A stretch of DNA of 63,816 nt, the filler included, from Craspedostauros australis (Eukaryota): the NCBI GenBank assembly GCA_030167865.1. It is 19 parts of 19 records of this genome, joined end to end, with 100 filler letters (N's around TTAATTAATTAA, not from the genome) between each part and the next. Parts side by side here need not be neighbours in the genome. Positions count along the whole stretch, not along the records: positions 47,251 to 50,508 come from JALAGF010003171.1; positions 50,609 to 53,966 come from JALAGF010003173.1; positions 54,067 to 62,684 come from JALAGF010003174.1; 16 more parts are not named here. One strand, 5' to 3'. Of this stretch, positions 47,698 to 60,056 are shown piece after piece (positions within the stretch are counted from its first letter, which is position 1; each line of letters opens with the position of its first letter). The notes below the pieces were generated by a model. The model ran no database searches. It was not told where the DNA came from and was given only the letters and a program-made list of their open reading frames with translations. The translations under genes and the position numbers were made by a program.

Positions 47698-49097
47698 GTC
47701 TGCAAGTCTTGTGTTGGCGCTGCTTCGACTACGTGGAGTACAATTTGGCACGGAGTTGTTCGAAGACAGCGTTTTGTGTGATGACAGCGACAACAGCGAG
47801 TCCACTGGTCGTGGAGGAAGTGCCTGGGCTCCATCTCGTTGTTTCCAACGTCGTACGCTGGCGACAACCACATAGTCTACAAATTAGCTCCTCCAGTTCG
47901 TGCCAACTAGTAGCATGTCGGTGTGGCATGCTCTGTACAAGTAGTGCTTCAGCCTCCCATGACTTCGATTGCATNGGATGGTGTGTCATGTCCCACTTGA
48001 TGTAATCCGTCTCTACTGTGTGGCTTACATGTGGCTACAACAATGCAATTTGCAACAGCCACGGATGTAGACATACTAGAGCAACGCGCGATGCATTGGA
48101 CTGTCTGCTGTACGCGTGCCAATAGTGGAATGATTGTGGCATGGAGTGCCAACTATACAAGCATACAAGCGCGCCTACATAGTGAAGTCGCGGTTATCAT
48201 TAGGCATCTGTTGTCCTTCAATGCAATGCAGGACATATACAGTATCAATGGTAGACTGCTCCACTCAGCTCCGTTACAACAGTCGATGCTGTCGGCTTGC
48301 TTGCTTGTCTTGCTTGATCAACACGTGACGATCAAACGACCGCGCATTTGGGTTCCGGCCCCGCGCTGCAGCGGGGTGCGTGACTTGAGTGGGACGCGGG
48401 AACGCCAAAAGAAACGGAGAAGGTGCGTTCTCGTGGGGGAGCTTTTTTGGCATGCAGCGCAGTTCGTGACCTTCATCAGGTAGTCAAGCTACATCAGTCC
48501 TACGTGGGGATGTGGAAAGATTTCCCTTGCGTCCCATCCAACATGGAAATACCACGAGGTCGAACGGTATTGTAAAATAATTTATTTTGTAATTCCGGCC
48601 CTCTCTCCCCAGCAATTCCACCCAAAAAGGGAAATATCTCACACTGCCGTCGTGGTGACATGAAGAATACGCTGAGAATAAAAAAAATAATTATATTGTA
48701 ATTCCGGGTGGAATTACAATTTAATTCTTTGGGAAGAAGGAATAATCCCTTCAACAATGAAGTGGGATTTCTTTTTAATATGGTACAGGGAGGAGCTGTT
48801 GCTGTCACTTGCGTCGATAGTGTTGTGTGTCCCACCAACATCTATGTGGGACGCCGCCGAACAAGTGCATGCCATGTAATGTGCTACGTAGACATTGCAC
48901 TTTATTAGTTCCTCTGGAAGAACGAAGCGGGAATACCAACACGACTATTACCACCACTACTATCACGCAGGCAGGCAGGCAGGCCAATACACAACTCGTT
49001 CGATTGTATCGCAAATGCGCATGAGACTGCATGCACATCAACATGCACCACAAGAGTGTGTGGTGGAAAGGAGAGTGTAAGCACACAAAAAAGGATC

Positions 49098-50358
49098 ATG
49101 GCCAAGCCGAAACGTTGGGTGTACAGCAGCACACAAGTCCAACTCCTCAAAAAACAAATCAGAAGCGGAGCCATACCACCCGAATGGACTGCAAACGACG
49201 TGTGGAAAAACTCTGAAGCCGCTCGCCAATTCATCCCAACCGAATTTGCGCGAAATCTGGCGAATCTGCGTGCGAAGGTCAGACAGGAACAAAGTAAGTA
49301 CCTTGGATCAATTACGTGTGCAATTATGACTTGATCGACTACTTTATGCTTGACTCATAAAACGTGACTCATAATTTGCGACTCGTGATTGGAATTTTCC
49401 AGTCAGGAAAGACGCCAACGAATCTCCCACCGTGTCCGAGCTTGCCGCGAACGCGAAATCGATTCGAGAAGCTTCTCGAATGATCCGGAGCGACATCGAC
49501 CTGTCAAAGCTGGACAACAACAACAACAACAACAACAACACACCAACGAAGCCACCACCGCCACCGCAACAAACAAACACCACCACCATGAAATGCGCTC
49601 CTTCACCACCAGTCGCCACCACTGACGCCGATGTCATGAAGTGGCTCGACGCAAACAACCAACACGAACTTCCAGTCACTCGCGCCTTCTACCGCAACAA
49701 GAATGGCGAGCGTATCATCGACCTCACCTTCGAACTCACCGGTGGCACTTGCCACAAAGACCTTCGTGTGCATGTTGCGCCTGGGGGCATGTCTGTCGTG
49801 CTTGAAGTAACACAAAACGCTGCTCTCGGCAACATCGAACGTGTGCACGACCATTTGCGTGATGAGTTCACGATTGCGAACAGTGTTTGGGTGGAGCTTA
49901 TTGACGACGAAAAGGCACGTGCGGATGCGGTCACCAAGTCATTGTCGCGTATGAAGCAGCGCGATGGAGCACCAGTTCGCACACAGATTGTCGATTTGCC
50001 GTTCGCTGTGACAAATCGATGGGAACGCGCTGACGATCGCGTTCTCAACGGAATTAACTACGTTGAACTTGAAGTTCCAACGAACGACAAAGAAGCGGTG
50101 GTGAGGGCACCTGTGCTGATTGTCCGCGTTGTTGAGCAAAACAGTTCTCATCCAATCGTTTCTACCGTTCCCAAAGCTCGTTCTCCACATAAACGCCCCG
50201 TGTTCGCTGGCTTGTCGCGGGTTGGGGCGACTAAGCCCCAATTCCGTGTTGACATCAACACGCGCCATACATGTCTGCCCTCCCGTTGCGATGACTCCAG
50301 CATCGGTACTGGGACATGTCATGCGCCATCTACTTTTGAAAAGGCAGGAAGAGTTGAG
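49098..50358 (+). CDS. Intron-containing putative transposon accessory gene (three-helix domain + beta-rich domain)
   Basis: Exon 1 49098-49293 (RWVYSS...LKKQIRSGAIP...VW...FARNLANLR). The phase-1 intron GTAAGT..TTCCAG 49294-49402 joins in frame to ORF 49432. Second donor at 50359. Confidence 0.6.
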
Positions 50359-50780
50359 GTAAGTAAAAGCACAATGACTCGATGACTTTCACGATCACCC
50401 ACGACTCGACGGGTGACAAAAGCACACGGACTAACACACGCAATTTTCTTCCGCTTTGCCAACTCCTTCTTCCAACAGCGCGGTGTGTTTGGGAAGGCTT
50501 TTCCCGAGNNNNNNNNNNNNNNNNNNNNNNNNNNNNNNNNNNNNNNNNNNNNTTAATTAATTAANNNNNNNNNNNNNNNNNNNNNNNNNNNNNNNNNNNN
50601 NNNNNNNNAACTGTGCCAGGCTGGGGTCCTCTCTGTCTTCCACATGGTGTTTTCATGGCATCGCCCTTTCCTTCCTGAGGTGTATGAGATGCTGTCTGCT
50701 TGTTGTGCTTTCCTCACCTCCTGCGATTGGGGTGCCACTACTGCTGCTTCCGTTTTCGTGTTCACCTGATGATTCGGCTT

Positions 50781-53403
50781 TCAACTGCTGCTGTTGCTAC
50801 TGTGATTAGCCTGTGCACCTGATCCTGATGTTGGCACTGTTGAAGTTTCTCCATGGCTTTCTGTGTTGTCATTGGTATCTCCCAGTACATTTGGAGCAAT
50901 CCCATCGGTGCCCTCATGCATGGTAGTGACTTCTCCATCGACTTTCTCTGCTCGCCCCAATTCTGTCTCTTCCGTGATTGTTGCTGCTGGTGCGTTTCCA
51001 GAAACTCGGCCTCCTCCTGCTGCTGCTCCAGTTGTGATCAGTGGTGGTGGTGGAGGTGGCATATTGGATACTCCTGCTCCTGCTGTGGTTGCTGGTGGTG
51101 GTGGTGATGGTGTGCTTCCAGAAACTTGGTCTCCTCCTGCTGCTGCTGTGGTTGCTGCTGCTGGAGGTGGAGGAGGTAGCATATTGGATGCTCCTGCTCC
51201 TGCTGTGGTTGACGGTGTGATTCCGGAAACTCGTCCTCCTGCTGCTCCTGCTATGGTTGCTGGCGGCGGTGGTGGTGGTGGTGGTGTGATTCCGGAAACT
51301 TGTCCTCCTCCTGCTGCTGCTCCAGTTGTGATCAGTAGTGGTGGAGGAGGTGGCATATTGGATGCTCCTGCTCCTCGTGCTGGCGGAGGTGGCATGTTGG
51401 ATGCTCTTGCTCCTCCTGCAGTAGGTGTGCCCGCGGTTGGGATGATCTGAGATGGGAGGAGCTCGTTTCCCAGCTCCCCATCAAGTGTCAGATCCTCATA
51501 GTCGATTGCTCGGCTGTCACGGTGATTGCCTTCAGCAGAATTGTCCAAAATTTTGATCAACAAACCATAGTGGAGGAAAGGTCTCTTCGATGGGGAGCTT
51601 GGTTGGCCTCCTGTTTTGCAGAGCCTCTTCTCTCGTCGTTCCTGTCAATGGAGCGCCAGCTTTGCCTCTGCAGCAGCAAGTCGGATTTCTTGCACTTCCA
51701 GCTCTGACTGCAGAATAGAAGTTGCCTCTGACATGACAGAGTGGATGTCTGTCATGTCAATTGTAGGTGCTCGTACTGGTGCTGGTACCGGTACTGGTGT
51801 CAGGGCTGGGGCTGGCGCTGTTGCCAGTGCCGGTGCTGGTGTGGGTGCTGGTGTGGGCGCTGGTGCTGGAGTTGCCAATGTGGCTGGTGGAAGGGTCCAT
51901 TGCGGATGAGTATTGTTGGAGTGGGATGCTGCTGTTGGGATCGTATCCGTGTGTTGAGTGTTGGTGTTGGAAATGGTGATGGTGCTGTGATTTGTGTGAG
52001 GAAATGTGATGCTGCTGTGGGGGGTTTGGTTGGCACCCACAGAATCAGGTTTCCGCGCATGAGCATGGACGTCCTCCTCCTCCACAAAACGGCATGTTAC
52101 GCCCACACGTGTTGTTTGCTCCTTCAAACGAACAGTGAGAATGAGATGCTCGTGCTCGCGGTCACTGTTATCTTTCACAGTGTGGCGCAGGATTGTAGCC
52201 CCTTTGACAGTGCAACAAGGAGTGCCACAGAACCAAGTATTGATTGGGAATGGCATTGACACAAACATTTTGCACCGTCGGTCTGCTGTGAAGGGCTCGG
52301 TTTTACACTGGCCCTTGTGCGCGAGCTTCTTCTGCTCCATGTCACCGTACCAGCCACCAAGATGTGATGCAAGGACTTGCACGACTCCACCGGGTCCACC
52401 AAGCACTTTGGGTGGGGTGTACAACAACACCACAAATGGCTGTTGTGCTCCATCAACATCATGGTACTGGATTGTCACCTCAGCATCGGTTGGTGTTGCT
52501 GCTGCAGGTAGGTAGAAGTCAATGCCCAGCATGCAATACGCTTGTCCCACTGGCGTCCAAATTTGCGATGTATGGAACACCTCAATGGTCTTGGGGAAAG
52601 CGCAAAACTCTTTCACCTTGTCCTTCTCGGACATCGCGAAGAACTGCGAGAAGCGTTCTTTGAGCGGATCTCGAATCATCAGTGATGTGGGTGAGCTGCA
52701 GCGATTCTCTGTGTAATTGGCAGTGACATCCTCAATTTCACCGTGGTAGACATCATCATCACTCTCAGACTGAGAACTCCGCGAACTCTTCGAACTGTCC
52801 GGACTCAATGATTCCAAACTATCATCCATTTGTCGTTCAGCAGTACACGAAGCGCGATTGGGGCTGTTCTTTCGTGATGTGGGTCTGGCTGCTACCTTGG
52901 AGGTGGCAGTGGCCGTGTTTGGGAGTGTGGGAGGAGATTGTTTGTTGTTGGGAGTCTTGGACAGCATGGCGTTATAGAGCCCATCTGGTGCATCCAATGG
53001 GCGCACGTCGAAGTGAAAATTGCTGTCAACGTCGGGATTGAGTTCCCCGTTGTCTGCGCACAACAAGGAGTGATTGGTATTCATGAGAGGGAAGTGAGGA
53101 AAGAAAAACAGAGTTTGAGAAGTGATGCACCACACACACATGAACATCACTGGAGAGACCAACACCATCATTGCACTCCAACTTACCAAAAAAGATCTTA
53201 TTTTGTAGCAGCTGTGACTTAATCTCCTTCCATCCTGCAGCAAAGTTCTTGCATGGGTATTTTGTCAGAAATGCGAAATGCTCCTGCAGTCTGCCTGGTT
53301 CCCAAAACCAGAGAGTGCTGTCCTTTGAAAGCTCGTAGATGAGCTGCCTGGCATCCTCGCCCTTCTTCATGAAGCGTGGATTCTTTTCCTTCTTTCGTGG
53401 CAT
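50781..53403 (-). pseudogene. Paralog-like accessory gene with one in-frame TGA and Pro-rich repeats
   Basis: Exon 1 53403-53187; intron GTAAGT..CGCAG 53186-53054 joins in frame to ORF 51645..53243. The TGA at 51645-51647 is in frame with ORF 50781..51563. Confidence 0.55.
50995..51420. repeat. Imperfect coding tandem repeats (GASNMPPPPP / GAAAGGG.VSG)
   Basis: Four SNM(P/L)PPP units within the minus-strand ORF. Confidence 0.8.
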
Positions 53404-54066
53404 GATGAATGTTGCAAGATTGTTTTTGTGATGGAAGACTGCCCAATTTGCAATGTCCAAACAACCCAAAGCTCTACATCTCTGTGCTTGAGGGGTGGCA
53501 TTGACACGAACCAAGACAGAATCAACCATACAAAAGCCAAATAGCAGTGTTCCAACACCATCACATCCCATCCCTACTGTCATGGAGGGCAGGCCTACAC
53601 NNNNNNNNNNNNNNNNNNNNNNNNNNNNNNNNNNCTGTTATCTGTAGATGGAAGAATTGCAACATACCAGTTGTACTGGTGTAACGTGATGCTCGTGGGT
53701 TCCAAGATGGGAGAAATAGTCCCGTCCAGGGAAGAGCAACATCACAATTGTCCGCGACCTGGACTACATGACAGCGCATGTATCGTCCAACAGTGATGAA
53801 GAGAGTGTGCGAAACAAACAAACAAACAAACATGGCATTGTGGAGTATGTATGGGATTGTGCAATTGTGCCAAGTGGTAGCCAGTGCCTCTATTGGGGCT
53901 TTGATGTACACAAATGCATTTATCGCCCTCTATCGGCATGGTAAATGCAAAAAGATTCATCTCTGCNNNNNNNNNNNNNNNNNNNNNNNNNNNNNNNNNN
54001 NNNNNNNNNNTTAATTAATTAANNNNNNNNNNNNNNNNNNNNNNNNNNNNNNNNNNNNNNNNNNNN

Positions 54067-54330
54067 TGATCTCCAGATGGGGTGATCATCAATGTGTCGG
54101 TCATCATCTTCCTTCACATGGTTTAGATGTCGTGGCCTTTTCTTGATTCATAGAGGACAGGCTTGTTTGCTTGGTAAGACTGGGGTCATTCCCGTGTGAT
54201 TCGTGTCNNNNNNNNNNNNNNNNNNNNNNNNNNNNNNNNNNAATAATATCCAAAGGTGTGACAAATAATGTTGGGAGTTGCGGCAATCATGGGTATCTTT
54301 CCGACAGAGTCGTACCCTCGATTCCTGACA
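54067..54330 (-). mobile_element. Terminal part of LTR family B
   Basis: Near-identical to 30085-30348, ending ATTCCTGACA. Confidence 0.88.
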
Positions 54331-54456
54331 TTGGTTGTCACCTCCTTTGCCTCAAGCAGCTCCACAATGCGTGCCTTGTCCTTGGTGGACTGCGAATGGA
54401 GCATAGCGACCGTCAGAGCATGTTGGCTTGCGACAGTTGCCATATGAGAAGCTGCT

Positions 54457-55032
54457 CAATGTCAACTCGCACATCCCCATTGGGTGTCTCCAACCCTCCC
54501 ACAAGCTGCTTCCCTCCTGTGTTCATGGCGGTGAGGCTTTTCACACAGGGACAATCGTGTACCAAGGCTAATCAAGCAACCTGGACAGACTGGAGCAATG
54601 GTGCTTGTGGTTGGATTGGTCTCCGAGGATGATGCTTGAGTGTTGTGAGTGGCTGGTCCAAGTTTGGCATCGTTGAGTTCGCTGGTGTTGGATAGTGATG
54701 GATCTGTGCCTTAGCTTGTTGCCACCATAGCATCATTTTTGCTGAAGCTGATGATGAAGCTGAAGCCGTCAAGATCTGCTGATGCGGAAGCTTCTTGATG
54801 TCGACTCGCACATCCCCATTCGGTGTCTCCAACCCTCCCACAAGCTGCTCCCCTCTTGTGTTCATGGCGGTGAGGCCTTTCACACAGGGACAATTGTGTA
54901 CCAAGGCTGATCGAGCAACCTGGACAGACTGGAGCAATGGCACTTGTGGTTGGATTGGATTGATCTCAGAAGATGATGCTTGAGCGTTTTGAGCAGCTGG
55001 TCCAAGTTTGGCATTGTTGAGTTCGCCAGTGT
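54457..55032. repeat. ~225-bp direct duplication, ~340-bp period, in CpG-depleted degenerate sequence
   Basis: ATGTC(A/G)ACTCGCACATCCCCATT...GGTCCAAGTTTGGCAT occurs at ~54460 and ~54798. Confidence 0.85.
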
Positions 55033-58000
55033 TGGACAGTGTTGGACAGTGATGGACCAGTGCCATTGTTTGTTGCGACCCCACTCTTGTCCCATTGTTG
55101 GTGTTGCTGTTCTTTTGTGCAGCATCCCCTTTGTGGCCCAGTGTGCATCCCATTGGCAGGATTGCTGATGTTTCATGTGGCGTCCCCTTGTGTGTCCCGT
55201 TGGGACATTTTTCCCGTGTCTGTTCCTGTTTCACCATTGCTGATATTTCATACCACAACTCTTGCTTCTTCTCTTCTGGACGATTGTCTCTGCATCCATA
55301 CCCATTGGCAGCATTGCTGATATTCATGTACTGTCCCCTTGTGCAACCCTTTAATTTGTGTGATATTCAAGCTTGGCACCAAGTAGGTGGATAGCCTGGT
55401 GGAGCTGGTAGTGATTGCGTCATGCATGCATCGACAAACGGATCGAAGCCGCTTGGGATCGTATCATCATCATTGCCATCGCCCACATTATCGTCACGTT
55501 GACTGGAGGCATGAGATATGCTAGCAAGAGTAATGTGGAGGCATCTGCTTGCTTCGCTATCTTGCTGTTCTGCAGTCTCCTTTCAGAACATGGTCAACAA
55601 CGATGATGCTCTTCCACCATTGAGATCTTGATGGTGCCCATTCTGCTCTGGTTCTCGCCATCAAGGTCCAAGGTTTGGCTGAAATCAGTTGCTTCCATGG
55701 CATTGCTGTGGCTGAAGTCGCCCATACCATTGTTGGGTACATCCAGCTCTTCCTCTGACGACAAACTGTCGATGGGGCCAACTGATGGATTCACGGTGCG
55801 CCCTGCTTTGTTCTGGACAGGTGCATGATGGATGAGCGGCCTCTTGAGAGCGCCAATGTGACTGGTGATTCATCATCGAAGGAAACGCCCCCAAAGTCAC
55901 CGCCATCGTTGCTTCAGCCATCTTGCAGGTCTCCATCATCAAAGTCATTGCTGCTGATGTTGATGTTGATGTTGGCATTGCTGGAGCCGATTGATGGGCC
56001 AAAGAAGTCCATCTTGCTTTGCCCGATCCGACCTGAATAGAGTTTGGTGCGTTGAAAGTGAGGAATGGTGAGCCGACGCTGTGCCAAAGGACCAAATGGA
56101 GAACTTAGACAGGAAAGCAGGATGGAGAACATGTTCCCAATTGAGTTCAATCTCTCTTTGCTTCATCACCTCTGCATTGTTGTTCGTTGTTGTGCTCAGT
56201 ATCGTGGACTGCTCAGCATCGTGGAGTGTGGTACTGTCTTCGGTGGAGTTCTCGCAGAGTCTCCATGTTGGTGAGCATGGACGAAGGGATCGTGCCGGCC
56301 TCCATCCACCCCAATCACACGATCTTTGCGGTTTTTGGCCCAAGATCGTGTTTTTGTGTCGTGGATGCCAGTTCACATCAGATTTCTCGATCGGACTGAG
56401 CCATTTGAATTCTCGTTTCCGCCCAATCCAACTTCGCCGAATGGGTGTATTGGACAACAAACAACAAGGCAGAAAGAGAGCGCACAACTCGAACAAGATC
56501 AACGATCTAACATTTCACCGTCCAAAGCTGGGGAGGCTACATTCGGCTACCATACTCTGCTCTCCTTCAAAGGTACTCAGTGTCAGTCGATATTGCCATC
56601 AGCATCAGCATCGTTATAATAAGTGATGTTATCTTGCATGGAGCACTTCACACCGCTCTACTTCACTTCACCACTATGTCCGACTTCATGACCACCATCT
56701 CATCTTCGTTGATCATGTTTGTTCTACTGTTGCTTGTTGCTTGTTCATGATGGCAAGTGTTGCGTGAAGTGGATCGTCGGTTGGATGATGCCGACGACAG
56801 TATCTTGCAGCGCAGGGGCGGCGTACCCATCGATCTGTCCGCCGAAGGCTCATCTTCCGTGCCGTCGTTCTACCATGCAACGCTCGGCTTCTTGCCTGGA
56901 GCGCACAAACTAAGAGCAAGAGGAGCTGTCACCGTTGCACGTGCCACTGCTGCTGGAGGTACTCGGCGTGTGTCCGAAGTTTCGGTTCGACATCGCACGC
57001 TGATGCAACGGTGGAGGTGATTTCGGTGCTTCCAAGGGCGCGAAATCGTTCCTGGAGGCCGAACGCAATCTAACAGATGTCGAACGCGAGGTAAATCTGG
57101 AACGATGCGATCGACGCCCAGTGGCATTGATCTTGCAGTGACGGGCGCGGCTGAATGAGTCAAGTTCTGTGACGATTGTGACGGCGATAGCCGATCGCTT
57201 TCATTCCACTCGTTTGGTAGATCGATGTGGGCTTGCTGGCCGCTTGTCGACGAGCTACTCATGATGCAGAAGATGCTGATGTTCAAGGAGATTGGAGATT
57301 TCTGGTTGTCTGACACATTTTGCATTCACAGCTTACATGGTAGTATCATATGTAGTCGTAGTTATCTCGCTCATCCCTCAAGGGGATCGTTTCAAGCATG
57401 TCCAGCGATGACTGATCGAACGAATACTCACCATCGCAGGCTAATTCATTCATGTTGGTGGCATTGTTGCGGTGAGCTATTGTAGTTGTGACCAAAATTG
57501 TGGATCATTTGGAGCTGCTCAAGGTTGACTTCATGACTCCCATGAGGATAGTAAAGATGGAGTTGACCAAGGAAGAGAGGGGGGTGCCTCCGGAGGCTGT
57601 GGTGCCATTGGGACCAACGAGGGTGATCATTCCATGAATCACCAGAGTCCACCAAGCTGACACTTGTCTCTCTCTCTTGCATCGTTCTTGGCTGATCATG
57701 CTGCTGCTATTGGTGTTGCTCTTGTTTGTGATGTGGGTGTTGTGCATGATATTCATTGATTTGCTGAGTTGCTTGCATCTGAGTTGTTGGTGATTCTGAT
57801 GCAGATGCTGATTTGTGAGATGAGGACTGGCGGCAACGAAGAGACTTGAGGATCTCGCACGATGAAGACGCCACAAGATGGATGGGATTCATCGCCAATG
57901 CTGAGAGTAGCATCCATATACATTTGAACACCCTGGCATGATTGTTTGGATGTTGCGCAGGCGTTCGCCACGAGAAATTGATCTTGTTTGGCATCTTCAG

Positions 58001-58973
58001 GGACGTCGCAGGTTCTCAACTACAAAAGCGTCTTCTGTTGTGGAGGGACCATTTTGTGTTGTGGTTGCAAGCATCCGTGGATGCTGGTGCTCTCGTCTAT
58101 CGATGGCTCATGGGACAACCACTGTGGCAATATGAGTGGTCGAATGCTGGAGTATTGGCATATGGAAATGGGGATCATCCCATCCCTCCATCATCAGGAG
58201 CGCTGATGACTCGCTGGTCAAACTTGTTGGGAACATGATCATTCAATCCACCGCCTTCTTGCGTACTCGTAGTAGTACAACGCATCGCACATATTCCATG
58301 TGCGGTTCTCAGGCAACCATGTTGCTGATTGGACTCCTTGGGGGATACGCGTACATCGTGACGTGCGATAGTTGCAATTGAGATTGTGGTCATCTTGGTG
58401 CTCCCTCCATCACGTCATCGCTGTTGGCGTCATCATCACTTTCGTGGTCGTTTCGGGTTGATGATCAGAGATCTCATTTGAACGCCTTTCTGACGTGTCC
58501 TTCTCATGAAAGAAGCTAATAAAGTACTTCATTGACACACAGAATTCGTGGAATTGGGAACATCTCAGCACGCGCAAAAGTGGTGAAGCGAGAATCGACG
58601 ATTCCCATTTGTGGTGTTCTCATGTTCGCAACAGCGATGTTGTGGGGCGTGTCGTGTTCTTTTCCTTCTTCTCGTTGTTGTGTGCACAGTTCGTGGTCAG
58701 CAAAAGGAAGGATCCGCACTCTCCGAACAGCGCTAGTGCCCTCTCCCAAACCAGGGTGCGATCAAGAAGTGGACAAACAGAGAGACGAGGAGAGAAACGA
58801 GGAGAACATTGAAACGAGGCAACCGCACACACCACACAACCCCATACTCCAACACATCAACAACAGACATGTCATGGGTAGCTCGAACAGCACACTTCCT
58901 CGACAGTCAATCCAACGCCAATCGTTCAACGTCCAACGTCAATCGTCCAGCAACCATTGACCATCCTCTCAAA

Positions 58974-60056
58974 ATGGAGAATGTTACACACAGACAACTC
59001 CTTGGTGCTGCCAAGGCAGGTGACTTGTCAGTGTTGAAGGAGTGGAAGAAGCAGAACAAGACGCAGCATGAAGGAGTTGATGTCAACAAGGTTACAGCCT
59101 TGGATAGTTCCACTCCCCTTCATAATGCATGCTGCTGGGGCCAGCTGGAGTGTGTGAAGTACCTCATCAAATCATGTGGGGCGGACATCAACTGCGAAAA
59201 CAACAATGGTTGGACTCCCCTTCATTGGGCATGCTCCAACGACAAGCTGGAGTGTGTGAAGTACCTCATCGAATCATGTGGGGCGAACATCAACTGCAAA
59301 AACAACTATGGCAACACTCCCCTTCATTGGGCATGCTCCAACGGCCACCTGGAGTGTGTGAAGTACCTCATCGAATCATGTGAGGCAAACATCAACTGCC
59401 AAAACATGTTTGGTAACACTCCCCTTCATGAGGCATGCTGGAACGGCCACCTGGAGTGTGTGGAGTACCTCATCGAATCATGTGAGGCAAACATCAACTG
59501 CCAAAACATGTTTGGTAACACTCCCCTTCACAGCGCATGCGACAACAGCCACCTGGGGTGTGTGAAGTACCTCATCAAATCATGTCGGGCGAACATCAAC
59601 TGCGAAACCAACGATGGTTCCACTTCCCTTCATTGGGCATGCATGGACGACAAGCTGGAGTGTGCCAAGTACCTCATCGAATCATGTGGGGTGAACATCA
59701 ACTGCAAAGACAACGATGGCCGCACTCCCCTTCATTGGGCATGCTGCTGGGGCCAGCTGGAGTGTGTGAAGTACCTCATCGAATCATGTGGGGCCAACAT
59801 CAACTGCCAAAACAACGATGGTGACACTCCCCTTCAAAACGCATGCGACAACGGCGAGCTGGAGTGTATCGAGTCCCTCATTAGAGGACTTTCGCCTTCA
59901 GCTCACCCACAACTGCAACAACTGCAGCAGCGCTTACAACAAAACGAACAAGCAAATGAACAACCACAACAACAATCGAGACACCAGTTGAAGCGGAAGA
60001 GGCAAGAGAATGAACACAAACACAGTACCCACAAGAGGACCAACATCAACATTTGA
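58974..60056 (+). CDS. Ankyrin-repeat protein (eight 34-aa / 102-bp repeats)
   Basis: TPLHWAC..G.LECVKYLIESCGANINC repeated. The N-cap LLGAAKAGDLSVLKEWK resembles that of the ankyrin at 1962-3512. Confidence 0.9.
   Translation: MENVTHRQLLGAAKAGDLSVLKEWKKQNKTQHEGVDVNKVTALDSSTPLHNACCWGQLECVKYLIKSCGADINCENNNGWTPLHWACSNDKLECVKYLIESCGANINCKNNYGNTPLHWACSNGHLECVKYLIESCEANINCQNMFGNTPLHEACWNGHLECVEYLIESCEANINCQNMFGNTPLHSACDNSHLGCVKYLIKSCRANINCETNDGSTSLHWACMDDKLECAKYLIESCGVNINCKDNDGRTPLHWACCWGQLECVKYLIESCGANINCQNNDGDTPLQNACDNGELECIESLIRGLSPSAHPQLQQLQQRLQQNEQANEQPQQQSRHQLKRKRQENEHKHSTHKRTNINI

Noticed and set aside
55400..58800. Many short ORFs
   Set aside because: No recognisable domains; the region appears degenerate or non-coding and cannot be assigned.
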